Shown here: one piece after another, positions 1-8,056 of the stretch
Layout: every line of letters begins with the position of its first letter
How positions within the stretch are numbered: the first letter of the stretch is position 1
Origin: an uncultured Candidatus Bathyarchaeia archaeon
Lineage (GTDB): Archaea > Thermoproteota > Bathyarchaeia > Bathyarchaeales > Bathyarchaeaceae
Direction of reading: 5' to 3'
Length of the DNA: 46,329 bases
Assembly (NCBI GenBank): GCA_964618655.1
Contig: CAZUFG010000002.1
Coordinates: 1-46,329 of the forward strand
Notes under the pieces: generated by a model
Database searches by the model: none
Told to the model about the DNA's origin: nothing
Seen by the model: only the letters and a program-made list of their open reading frames with translations
Program-made: the position numbers and the translations under genes

Positions 1-1
1 A

Positions 2-1129
2 ATCTGCCCTCTTCCCAATTTCTATGGAGCCTATTTGCTTGTTCCACAAAAGCGCTTTGGCGCCTTCGATTGTTGCCATGCGTAGCACCTGCTCAGCAGA
101 TAATAACGTCGGGTCTTTGCGAACTCCTTTATGCAGAAGAGCCGCAACTTTCATGATTTCAAACATGTCGGAGGCGTTGTTTGAGCAGGGGCTGTCAGTG
201 CCTAAGGCAACGGTTACTCCAGCCTTTTCTAGGGCGGGCACTGGGCTAACGCCTGAACCCAGCTTAAGGTTTGAGACTGGGTTGTGGGAAACCTTGGCGT
301 TTCGTTTTTTGAGGATTTCTATGTCGTTTTGGGTGAGGGACACGCAGTGGGCTGCGACTACATCGTTTCCTAACACGTCTAGCGAGTCTAAGTATTCTAT
401 TATTCCGCCCTTGAAAGAAACGTTGAAGGCTTCTTTAACTTTCTTGGGCTCGTCTTCGGTTTCGGCGATGTGTGTGTGCCAAATAATTGGTGCCTCAGAT
501 GAGCCGTATTTCTGGTTGAGTTCGCTGGCGACTGTCCTAAGTTCTTTCATGTAGTCTGGGCTGACTGTGTAGGGAGCGTGTGGGTCTACGCTTGTTCGGA
601 TGAGTCCGTCAGCCTTATTGTGCCAGTCGTGGGCTAGGGTTCTCAGCGCCTTAACGTCATCGTTTTTTCTCCAAGAGAAACAGACGTGTCCGACTATGCC
701 GCGTAGTCCAGCCTCGCTGAGGGCTTGGGCTTCGTTTCCTTCTGGCGTGTAGTGGTACATGGTGTTGACGGTTGTTGTTCCGCCCATGATGGATTCGGTG
801 GCGGTTAGCAGGGCGCCCACGTAAACGTCGTGTCCGCTCATGTGTTTTTCTATGGGCCATATCCATTTTTCCAGCCATTCTCTGAGTGGGATGTCGTCGG
901 CGTATCCTCGTAGTAGGCTCATGGCTGCGTGCTGATGTGTGTTCACGAGTCCTGGAATGACAACCTTCCCTTTTGCGTTGATTCGTTCGTAGCCAGAGTA
1001 TTTTCGTTTCAGCTCGGCGGTTTTGCCTACGTCGCCGATGCAGCTGTTTTCGATGACGACTGCTCCGTCGTGGATGATTCCTTCTGGGCTCATGGTGATG
1101 ATGGTTCCGTCGTGGATGAGTATGTTCAT
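2..1129 (-). CDS. mtaD: Amidohydrolase, 5-methylthioadenosine/S-adenosylhomocysteine deaminase-like (C-terminal end runs off the window)
   Basis: Absent from the ORF track because it has no stop in the window. Manual minus-strand translation from ATG (1129-1127) gives MNILIHDGTIITMS...PGLVNTHQHAAMSLLRGYADD...WHTHIAETEDE...AAHCVSL...HNPVSNLKLGSG...ALGTDSPCSNNASDMFE. This is the metal-ligand motif series of the MtaD/guanine-deaminase amidohydrolase family. Confidence 0.8.
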   Translation of the reverse strand, partial: MNILIHDGTIITMSPEGIIHDGAVVIENSCIGDVGKTAELKRKYSGYERINAKGKVVIPGLVNTHQHAAMSLLRGYADDIPLREWLEKWIWPIEKHMSGHDVYVGALLTATESIMGGTTTVNTMYHYTPEGNEAQALSEAGLRGIVGHVCFSWRKNDDVKALRTLAHDWHNKADGLIRTSVDPHAPYTVSPDYMKELRTVASELNQKYGSSEAPIIWHTHIAETEDEPKKVKEAFNVSFKGGIIEYLDSLDVLGNDVVAAHCVSLTQNDIEILKKRNAKVSHNPVSNLKLGSGVSPVPALEKAGVTVALGTDSPCSNNASDMFEIMKVAALLHKGVRKDPTLLSAEQVLRMATIEGAKALLWNKQIGSIEIGKRAD

Positions 1130-1246
1130 TATAGGCGTTTCTCCAGTCTTTAGCTGGCTGAAGGTTTGGTTATAAAATTTGAGGGGCTGTATCATGTAAA
1201 GTTTTAACTTTTGCTGTGATAGTCAACTAGGGAGGAAGCCATACGT

Positions 1247-2344
1247 ATGTTAACGTTACGAGTGGACAAATTGGCGAAGTATCTTTCTTCAGTTTACGGG
1301 AAAGACGTGGTGATCCGGTCTGTTGGAGAGTTGGGCAAGAAGAAAGCAAAGCCGAGCAGAGAATTGAAGGGCTTTGGTTACGGCGTTCCCTACCTCATCG
1401 AGTTCGTGGTTGGCAGAGAAAAGAAAAGCGTGGTTCTTGAAACCATGCGTCCCGGCGGGTTTGGGCACGATCATTTTTCGGATAGGGCTCAGGTTTTGAT
1501 TTGGCAACACTCCGCCTTCAATAGTTTTCCTAGGCATGTACGTTCTGTGGATGTGGGTGCGTTTTCTAAGGATGGAGGCTTGAAGTCGGTTGGTGATTGT
1601 GGCGAGTTTTTTATCGTTACTGAGTTGGTGGAGGGGCAACTGTACCATCTGGATTTGGACAGGATGAGGCAGGAGAGGCGTCTAACCCAGTTGGATATGG
1701 ACCGTTGTCAGACGCTTTCAGATTTTATTGCGGAGGTTCATGCTGTGAAGAAGACGGCGCCAGAACTTTATGTGAGGCGTATACGGGACTTGTTGGGGCA
1801 TGGGGAAGGCATCATGGGTTTAACGGACAGCTACCCTTCTGGGCTTGAATACGTCAGTGAGCAGGACTTATGTGAGATTGAAAAACAATGCGTGGAGTGG
1901 CGGTGGAGGATTGGGCGTCGCTATGCTCGTAGGCTGGCAAGGGTTCATGGAGACTACCATCCCTGGAACGTTTTGTTTCGGGAGGGCGTGGATTTCACGG
2001 TTTTGGACCGTAGCCGGGGCGAGTGGGGTGAGCCAGCCGACGACGTGAGCGCCATGACCATTAACTATGTTTTCTATTCGTTGCAGACTTTTGGACGGCT
2101 GACTGGACCGTTTGAAACCCTGTTTAACCAGTTTTGGGAGAATTATTTGGAGAAGACGGGTGACGAAGAAATGCTTGGGGTGATACAGCCCTTCTATGCT
2201 TGGAGAGGACTCGTCGTAGCCTCGCCAGTCTGGTATCCAAACCTAAGCTTAGATGTGCGCCGAAAACTTTTCAACTTCATTAAGAATGTGCTCAAAACAG
2301 AACAACTAAACCTGCATGAGGTCAACTCATACATTAAAGGGTAA
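1247..2344 (+). CDS. Phosphotransferase-family (APH/choline-kinase-like) small-molecule kinase, substrate unknown
   Basis: 365-aa ORF. HGDYHPWNVLF followed by VLDRSRGEWGEPADD resembles the HxDxxxxN catalytic loop plus downstream Asp of the APH fold. GGGAGGA lies upstream of the ATG. Confidence 0.6.
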   Translation: MLTLRVDKLAKYLSSVYGKDVVIRSVGELGKKKAKPSRELKGFGYGVPYLIEFVVGREKKSVVLETMRPGGFGHDHFSDRAQVLIWQHSAFNSFPRHVRSVDVGAFSKDGGLKSVGDCGEFFIVTELVEGQLYHLDLDRMRQERRLTQLDMDRCQTLSDFIAEVHAVKKTAPELYVRRIRDLLGHGEGIMGLTDSYPSGLEYVSEQDLCEIEKQCVEWRWRIGRRYARRLARVHGDYHPWNVLFREGVDFTVLDRSRGEWGEPADDVSAMTINYVFYSLQTFGRLTGPFETLFNQFWENYLEKTGDEEMLGVIQPFYAWRGLVVASPVWYPNLSLDVRRKLFNFIKNVLKTEQLNLHEVNSYIKG

Positions 2345-2386
2345 ACGGTTAAGATGGTAATCTCCTTACATTTTTAACTTTCTCAA

Positions 2387-3364
2387 TTAAGGCAAAAATC
2401 TGGATACAATATCTGGTATCTGGTCAAAATCTGTATAACCCTCAGTTTTTATCTTCATCTCATTTTTAAGAGTGCGTATCATAGAAGAGATCCACCTTGG
2501 AGGTCGTTTTCTATGTCGGTCTGTAGGAGCAGCCCATACGATGAGTAACTTCACGCAATAGTCACGAACTCTTTCAATTTCCATGAGTTGCCCTGCTTCT
2601 TCTGTAACATCAATTATTGCATACCTGCAAGTGTGCAACAACATTAGAGAATGATGATGAATCCACTTACCTGGAATGTAGACCTCATCAGCTATAACCG
2701 GAGTTAAGCCCTTAAGTATTGCAGCATTTCTAATCTCATTCAAGTTTGGTCTCTGCCTAGTAAAATTTCCCCCAATAAACACTCGTTTTTCCCACGGTTG
2801 GGGGAATCCTAATGGTTGCTTCTCAAAAATGACAGGTCTTTCAATAGTTTGAGAAAGGATGTTGTGAGCGTCAAAGTTAAGTCTCTCGGTAACTTCATTC
2901 AACATCTCTTCGGGGTCACAAATGTTCCTCCACAAGCCTGCTGCTTTTTTCTCAGCTGCAAGGCGTTTGATTTCACCTAAGATTTTTAATTTTACGCGGA
3001 AGAAATCTCTAAGTACATTTGCTGCGGGATATCGATCGATTTCATCTTCTTCCGTATAGTTTACATTTAAAGAGTCTTCTACATAAGCCAGAATAACAGA
3101 ACGGATAGCCTCCTCCATCTTGTCTCTTTGAGGTATAAGACAAATTCCGATCATGTGGAGTGGACCACCTTTATGAATGGGGCGATCTATAGCGGACTGA
3201 ATTTGTATGAGTCGTTCTAGCTCTTGTCTGTAGATACGTTCAGCATCTGTATATTTCCGTGTGAGCCATTTCAACAAAGCATTCTGGTCCAGCCTTGAAA
3301 TTTCATCACTGTAGTTTGGAGGGATACTTCGGTCGATAGGTTCTACGGCGCTCATTTTTATCAT
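2387..3364 (-). CDS. Hypothetical protein (orphan, AT-rich) with a C-terminal Rossmann-like module
   Basis: 325-aa ORF with no competing frame. No family recognised for the N-terminal part. The C-terminal KRVFIGGNF...PVIADEVYIP...YAIIDVTEEAGQLMEIE pattern is discussed in findings. Confidence 0.6.
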   Translation of the reverse strand: MIKMSAVEPIDRSIPPNYSDEISRLDQNALLKWLTRKYTDAERIYRQELERLIQIQSAIDRPIHKGGPLHMIGICLIPQRDKMEEAIRSVILAYVEDSLNVNYTEEDEIDRYPAANVLRDFFRVKLKILGEIKRLAAEKKAAGLWRNICDPEEMLNEVTERLNFDAHNILSQTIERPVIFEKQPLGFPQPWEKRVFIGGNFTRQRPNLNEIRNAAILKGLTPVIADEVYIPGKWIHHHSLMLLHTCRYAIIDVTEEAGQLMEIERVRDYCVKLLIVWAAPTDRHRKRPPRWISSMIRTLKNEMKIKTEGYTDFDQIPDIVSRFLP

Positions 3365-3536
3365 CTCTACATTTCTTTTTTATTGATAATGTTTAAGAAT
3401 TGTGTACGTCAAGAACTGGTTTGCGAATGTAGTTTACGTTCATAACATCTCAAAGCTTCTTTACAATGATTTCACTATAACTATAAATTTAGATTAGACT
3501 TGAACGTATTTCTGACTCGGGAAGGACTGAAAAATA

Positions 3537-4100
3537 ATGGCTCAAAAGAGCGGTTGGTGTGTTTGGGTTACTGGCTTGCCAGGCAGCGGTAAGTCCGTTG
3601 TCGCTGAGGCTCTGCTTGAAAAGTTAAAGGCTAAAGGCATTCAAGCCAGAATCGTTTCTTCTGACATGCTCCGTAAGGTTGTGACCCCTCAACCCACATA
3701 CAGCCAAGACGAGCGTGACATGGTTTACAACGCCCTCGTACTAGTAGCCAGACTCATAACACTGAAAGGCTTCAACGTCATAATCGACGCAACTGGCAAC
3801 CTTAGACGCTACCGAGACCAAGCCAGAAAACTGATCCCACGCTTCATAGAAGCCTACATCCGATGCCCCTTAGAAATCTGTATTCAACGAGAGACCAAAC
3901 GAGGAAAAACATTCATGGCACCCAAACAAATCTACAAAAAAGCCCTAGAAGGAAAGGCGCCCACAGTCCCAGGCATAGGCGCACCATACGAAGAACCTAA
4001 ACACCCCGAAGTAATCGTAGACTCCGACAAGCTAAGCCCAAACGAGTGCGCCCAAAAAATCCTAGAAGCCATCCAAAAACGCTTCCTCTCCAAAACCTAA
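3537..4100 (+). CDS. P-loop kinase, adenylyl-sulfate (APS) kinase-like
   Basis: 187 aa. Walker A is VTGLPGSGKS, and the size and layout are CysC/COG0529-like (SSDMLRK..., IIDATGNLRRYRD). It could be another small-molecule P-loop kinase. Confidence 0.55.
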   Translation: MAQKSGWCVWVTGLPGSGKSVVAEALLEKLKAKGIQARIVSSDMLRKVVTPQPTYSQDERDMVYNALVLVARLITLKGFNVIIDATGNLRRYRDQARKLIPRFIEAYIRCPLEICIQRETKRGKTFMAPKQIYKKALEGKAPTVPGIGAPYEEPKHPEVIVDSDKLSPNECAQKILEAIQKRFLSKT

Positions 4101-4119
4101 CCACTATATCTCTCAACCT

Positions 4120-4176
4120 CATATTTGCAGCATATTAGGATCATGTATGGGATGGTCTAGGGGCGTGTGCGCGTGT
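4120..4176 (-). repeat. 57-nt dispersed intergenic repeat, copy 1 (inverted relative to 21498-21554)
   Basis: The reverse complement matches 21498-21554 at 50 of 57 positions by hand alignment, and 37 of the first 39. It contains the CTAGACCATCCCATA core and a 14-nt alternating purine/pyrimidine tract (4163-4176). Confidence 0.85.
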
Positions 4177-4278
4177 CTGAAAAGCCCGCATACTCTTGCA
4201 AAAATTTTAAGTCTTCTCCAAACATAACAACCAAACAAAACTATAGAAAAAACTTCCATCCAGCTAGAGCTGACTACA

Positions 4279-5370
4279 ATGAGCCGAGTCATGGTTATTG
4301 TTGGCACGAGACCCGAAATCATAAAAATGGCTCCAGTCCTCCGAGCCTTACAGAACTACTCCATCCCACACGTTTTCGTTCACTGTGGACAACACTACGA
4401 CTACAACATGAGCCAACAATTCATCGAAGAACTCGACCTACCCAAACCAGACTACGGCTTCAAAGTCCGGGCCTATTCGCCTGGGCATCAAACCGCACGA
4501 ATCCTCACCATCATCGAAAAAGTCGTCAAGGAAGTACAGCCTAAACTTGTGCTCGTAGAAGGAGACACAAACGGTGTGTTAGCCTCCGCCCTAGCAGCCG
4601 TAAAACTTAACGTTCCAGTCGGCCACGTAGAAGCAGGCCTAAGAAGCTTCGACTTGCGCATGCCAGAAGAACACAACCGACGCCTAACAGACCACATATC
4701 CACATACCTGTTTGCACCCACAGAAAACGCCAAAGAAAACCTAAAAAACGAAAACGTGTGGGGCAAAATTTACGTAACAGGCAACACGGTCATCGACGCC
4801 GTGCTCCAACACCTACCAATCGCCGACAAAAAATCCGAAATCCTAAAAAACATATGGTTCAAACGATACGCGCTCGTAACAGCCCACCGAACAGAAAACG
4901 TAGACGACCCAACCGTGTTAAAAAACTTCACCGAAACTTTCCTCGAGGCACCCATACCAATCGTGTATCCAATCCATCCAAGAACCCGAAAAAGACTACG
5001 CCAACAAAAAATCTTGAGAAAGCTGTCCTCATCAGAAAACGTACAAATCCTCCCACCATTAGGCTATTTCGACTTCCTCTCACTCATGAAAAACTGCGAA
5101 ATGATGCTCACCGATTCCGGAGGACTACAAGAAGAAGCCACAGCACCGCTCCTAAGAAAGCCAGTTTTGGTCATTAGGCTCTCCACAGAACGACCCGAAG
5201 CCGTAAAGGCAGGATTCGCCGAAGTCGTAGGGGTAGAAAAAGACAAAATCCTAGCAGCCATGGAACAAGCCCTAAACGAAAGAAACAACCTCCCAGCAAT
5301 TTCACCTTTCGGAGACGGCGCTGCCGGAAAAAGAATAGTCAACATTTTAACAGAAGAAATCCGCCTGTAA
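4279..5370 (+). CDS. wecB: UDP-N-acetylglucosamine 2-epimerase (non-hydrolysing)
   Basis: 363 aa. VMVIVGTRPEIIKMAPV, HVEAGLRSFD and LTDSGGLQEEA are typical WecB/MnaA motifs. Confidence 0.9.
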   Translation: MSRVMVIVGTRPEIIKMAPVLRALQNYSIPHVFVHCGQHYDYNMSQQFIEELDLPKPDYGFKVRAYSPGHQTARILTIIEKVVKEVQPKLVLVEGDTNGVLASALAAVKLNVPVGHVEAGLRSFDLRMPEEHNRRLTDHISTYLFAPTENAKENLKNENVWGKIYVTGNTVIDAVLQHLPIADKKSEILKNIWFKRYALVTAHRTENVDDPTVLKNFTETFLEAPIPIVYPIHPRTRKRLRQQKILRKLSSSENVQILPPLGYFDFLSLMKNCEMMLTDSGGLQEEATAPLLRKPVLVIRLSTERPEAVKAGFAEVVGVEKDKILAAMEQALNERNNLPAISPFGDGAAGKRIVNILTEEIRL

Positions 5371-5495
5371 ATGGCAGCCTAAACCAAACCCAAAACAAAC
5401 ACTTTCTCCAAAACAAAACCCAAAACAAACCCAGTTCACACCCGCTGGGCTAGACCCCCCTCTACCTCTCTCCAAAAATTTTCACACACGGAAAA

Positions 5496-5505
5496 CCATA
5501 TAAAC
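5496..5505 (+). promoter_or_regulatory. TATA-like box upstream of the uL22 operon
   Basis: CCATATAAAC lies about 40 nt upstream of the GTG start at 5545. GGTGA lies 7-11 nt upstream of that start. Confidence 0.4.
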
Positions 5506-5544
5506 AACCGCACTTCTGTTGATTTGCACAGTTGGTGAAAAACC

Positions 5545-6018
5545 GTGCCCAAATGGGGCTACTCAATAACAGAACTAGACCCAGAAAAAACCGTCAAAGC
5601 CAGCGGCCGAGAACTTAGAATATCCCATAAAGCAGCCAGAGAAGTATGCAAAACAATAAAAGGAATGAAACTCGAAGAGGCCAAAGGCTTTCTATTAGGG
5701 GTTATTCAAAAGAAAAAAGCTGTCCCCTATCGCCGATTCAAAAAGAAGACCCCCCACAGGCACGGAATAGAAAAAACCTACGCAGGCAGATACCCAGTAA
5801 AGGCGGCGCAAAAAATTCTAAACGTGCTGGAAGGCGCTGAAGCCAACGCTGATTTTAAAGGGTTTGACACTGAGAGGCTTAGGATAATTCACGCTTCTGC
5901 TTATCCGGGAATGAAGATTAAAAGGTTCCAGCCAAGAGCATTTGGAAGAATGAGTCCCCGTTTTCAAATACTCTGCCACGTAGAAGTTGTTTTAGAACAG
6001 ACCGAAGGTGGAGTATAA
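5545..6018 (+). CDS. rpl22: 50S ribosomal protein uL22
   Basis: GTG start. AKASGRELRISHKAAREVC... is an archaeal L22 signature. It precedes uS3 in the conserved order. Confidence 0.93.
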   Translation: MPKWGYSITELDPEKTVKASGRELRISHKAAREVCKTIKGMKLEEAKGFLLGVIQKKKAVPYRRFKKKTPHRHGIEKTYAGRYPVKAAQKILNVLEGAEANADFKGFDTERLRIIHASAYPGMKIKRFQPRAFGRMSPRFQILCHVEVVLEQTEGGV

Positions 6019-6782
6019 TGTCTGTTATCAAACATTTCGTAGGCGAATCGGTAAAAAAAGCTGAAATTGACGAATTTTTACGAAACGAGTTTGAGAAGGC
6101 TGGATATGGCGGAGTAGACATAACAAAAACTCCGCTAGGCACCCACGTGGTCATTTATGCCATGCGTCCGGGCTTAATTATTGGGCGAGGCGGAGAAACC
6201 ATAAAAGATTTGGCCAGAGTACTCGAAGAAAAGTTTCAGCTTTCTAACCCACAAATTTCTGTGGCTGAAATTGAGGTTCCCGAATTTAACGCGTATGTCA
6301 TAGCCGCCCGCGTCACCTCAGCCCTAAAAAGAGGCGTACACTTCAGAAGGGCAGGATTCTGGGCCTTAAACCAAGTTATGGAGGCAGGAGCCTTAGGCGC
6401 TGAAATTATAGTAAGCGGAAAACTGCGGACTGACCGCGCCCGACACGAAAAGTTTCAGGCGGGATATCTGCCAAAAAGCGGGGACCCTGCCATAAAATAC
6501 ATTAGAAGAGCCGAGTTAGCTGTTCAACTGAAGCCTGGCATTTATGGAGTCAAGGTGCGAATAGTACCGCCTACCGCGGATTTTCCTGACCGCGCGCAAG
6601 TTTTTGAGGAAATTCCGAAAGTCACGGAGGAGAAGGTAACTGAAGAAGTAGAGACTAAGCCACAACCTAAAAAAAGAGAGACAAAAGGGGCAAAGGAGAG
6701 GGCGGAAACTGCAGAGGCTAAAGAAACGGCGGAAACGGAAGAGGCCAAGAAAACTTTGAAGATCGGGGAGGCAAAGGAATAA
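6018..6782 (+). CDS. rps3: 30S ribosomal protein uS3, with a Lys/Glu-rich C-terminal tail
   Basis: KH-domain motif IIGRGGETIKDL. Its ATG overlaps the uL22 stop (TAATG). Synteny supports the call. Confidence 0.95.
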   Translation: MSVIKHFVGESVKKAEIDEFLRNEFEKAGYGGVDITKTPLGTHVVIYAMRPGLIIGRGGETIKDLARVLEEKFQLSNPQISVAEIEVPEFNAYVIAARVTSALKRGVHFRRAGFWALNQVMEAGALGAEIIVSGKLRTDRARHEKFQAGYLPKSGDPAIKYIRRAELAVQLKPGIYGVKVRIVPPTADFPDRAQVFEEIPKVTEEKVTEEVETKPQPKKRETKGAKERAETAEAKETAETEEAKKTLKIGEAKE

Positions 6783-6783
6783 T

Positions 6784-7002
6784 ATGCCAATTTTACGGGT
6801 TAAGGACATTCGGTCAATGTCTTCTGAGGACCGCAGAAAAAAGCTCACAGAACTACGCACAGAGCTTGCGCGACTAAAAACGACGGTTAAAGCGGGCGGA
6901 GCAATTGAGAATCCCTCTCGCTTAAGAGAGCTTCGTAAGGCAGTTGCCCGCATCCTCACCATCGAAAACGAAGAGAGGCGTGTGGAGGAGAAGAAGAAAT
7001 GA
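6784..7002 (+). CDS. rpl29: 50S ribosomal protein uL29
   Basis: 72 aa. LRTELARLKT fits a coiled L29 pattern. Position is after uS3. Confidence 0.9.
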   Translation: MPILRVKDIRSMSSEDRRKKLTELRTELARLKTTVKAGGAIENPSRLRELRKAVARILTIENEERRVEEKKK

Positions 7003-7280
7003 AAGTCACGCCTGCTATACTTCAACACGAGTTCATCGGGCTTCACGCTAAAATTGTAAGGAGTTCGCATTGTAATTATGTGGGCATCGAGGGCAGAGTG
7101 ACTGACGAAACCCGCAACACTTTCAAAATTCTTCATGAAAATAGGGAGAAAATTGTCATAAAGAATACGGCTGTTTTTAACTTCACTTTGCCAGATGGAA
7201 CAGTTTTAGAAATCGACGGGAAAGCCATCATTGGAAAGCCTGAAAATCGAATCAAGAAACGGGTTAGGAGGTGCTGGTAA
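6999..7280 (+). CDS. rnp1: RNase P protein component 1 (Rpp29/Pop4)
   Basis: 93 aa. EFIGLHAKIVRSSHCNYVGIEGRVTDETRNTFKI is a typical Rpp29 Sm-like core. The position between L29 and S17 is conserved in archaea. ATGA overlap with rpl29. Confidence 0.88.
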   Translation: MKVTPAILQHEFIGLHAKIVRSSHCNYVGIEGRVTDETRNTFKILHENREKIVIKNTAVFNFTLPDGTVLEIDGKAIIGKPENRIKKRVRRCW

Positions 7281-7601
7281 ATGGCGGCTCTCCCATTGAA
7301 AAAGCCAAAGAAAACCTGCGACGACAAAAATTGCCCCTTTCATGGGAGTCTTCCCGTTAGAGGGCGCGCGTTAGAAGGAGTTGTTGTTAGCGCCAAGATG
7401 GATAAAACCGTCGTGGTGCGGCGTGACTATTTAAATTATGTGCCGAAATTCAAACGTTACGAACGGAGGCGTAGCCACATATCGGCTCATAATCCTCCAT
7501 GCCTTGGCATAAAAGAGGGCGACCAAGTTAGAATTGCGGAATGTCGCCCACTCAGCAAAACCGTTTCTTTTGTAGTTGTCGAAAAACTTGGAGGAGCATA
7601 G
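7281..7601 (+). CDS. rps17: 30S ribosomal protein uS17
   Basis: [17 protein letters not shown]...[12 protein letters not shown] is an archaeal S17 signature. Synteny supports the call. Confidence 0.94.
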   Translation: MAALPLKKPKKTCDDKNCPFHGSLPVRGRALEGVVVSAKMDKTVVVRRDYLNYVPKFKRYERRRSHISAHNPPCLGIKEGDQVRIAECRPLSKTVSFVVVEKLGGA

Positions 7602-7602
7602 A

Positions 7603-8043
7603 GTGGCGGCGAGAGCCAAAGGGCGTGCCTTAATTGCTCATGGAATGATTGGCCAGAGGCCTAAGATTTCAAGCGGCTTGTTAGCTGGCTCTGTTGTTAA
7701 GTGTGCTGATAATACAGGGGCTAGGGCACTTAGAATTGTTCAGGTACTAGGGTACAAAGGGCGGTTGAGGCGTGTTCCTAAGGCAGCCGTTGGAGATATG
7801 ATTGTTACTTCGGTGAGAAAAGGAACGCCAGACATGAGGAAGAAAATGTTTAAGGCTGTTATTGTTCGGCAGAAGAAGCCATATCGACGTGCTGAGGGAG
7901 TCTGGGTTCAGTTTGAGGACAACGCAGCCGTCATAATGACTGCGGAGGGGGAGATGCAGGGTTCAGAGATTCGAGGACCCGTGGCAAAAGAGGCGGCGGA
8001 ACGATGGCCGAGAATAGCTAGCGCCGCAAGCATCATCGTGTAA
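7603..8043 (+). CDS. rpl14: 50S ribosomal protein uL14
   Basis: The track ORF starts at 7576 and overlaps rps17. An in-frame GTG at 7603 follows GGAGGA and the rps17 stop. [15 protein letters not shown] is an L14 motif. Confidence 0.92.
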   Translation: MAARAKGRALIAHGMIGQRPKISSGLLAGSVVKCADNTGARALRIVQVLGYKGRLRRVPKAAVGDMIVTSVRKGTPDMRKKMFKAVIVRQKKPYRRAEGVWVQFEDNAAVIMTAEGEMQGSEIRGPVAKEAAERWPRIASAASIIV

Positions 8044-8056
8044 ACGAGGGACTTAC

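Noticed and set aside
24-554. 176-aa plus-strand ORF at the left edge
   Set aside because: It lies entirely antisense to the much longer MtaD-like amidohydrolase frame, which carries clear family motifs. It has no recognisable motifs of its own.
4167-5177. Alternative-frame ORFs (4167-4544 and 4758-5177) with Arg/Pro/Thr-rich translations
   Set aside because: They are off-frame overlaps of the clearly identified wecB gene, and their composition is typical of frame-shifted reading.
6516-7136. 206-aa minus-strand ORF, together with the other long antisense ORFs at 14335-15048, 26048-26548, 34825-35388, 44848-45354 and 44927-45568
   Set aside because: All are antisense shadows of confidently identified genes. 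They are often mirror images of KE-rich codon runs and give Ser/Phe/Leu-rich low-complexity translations.
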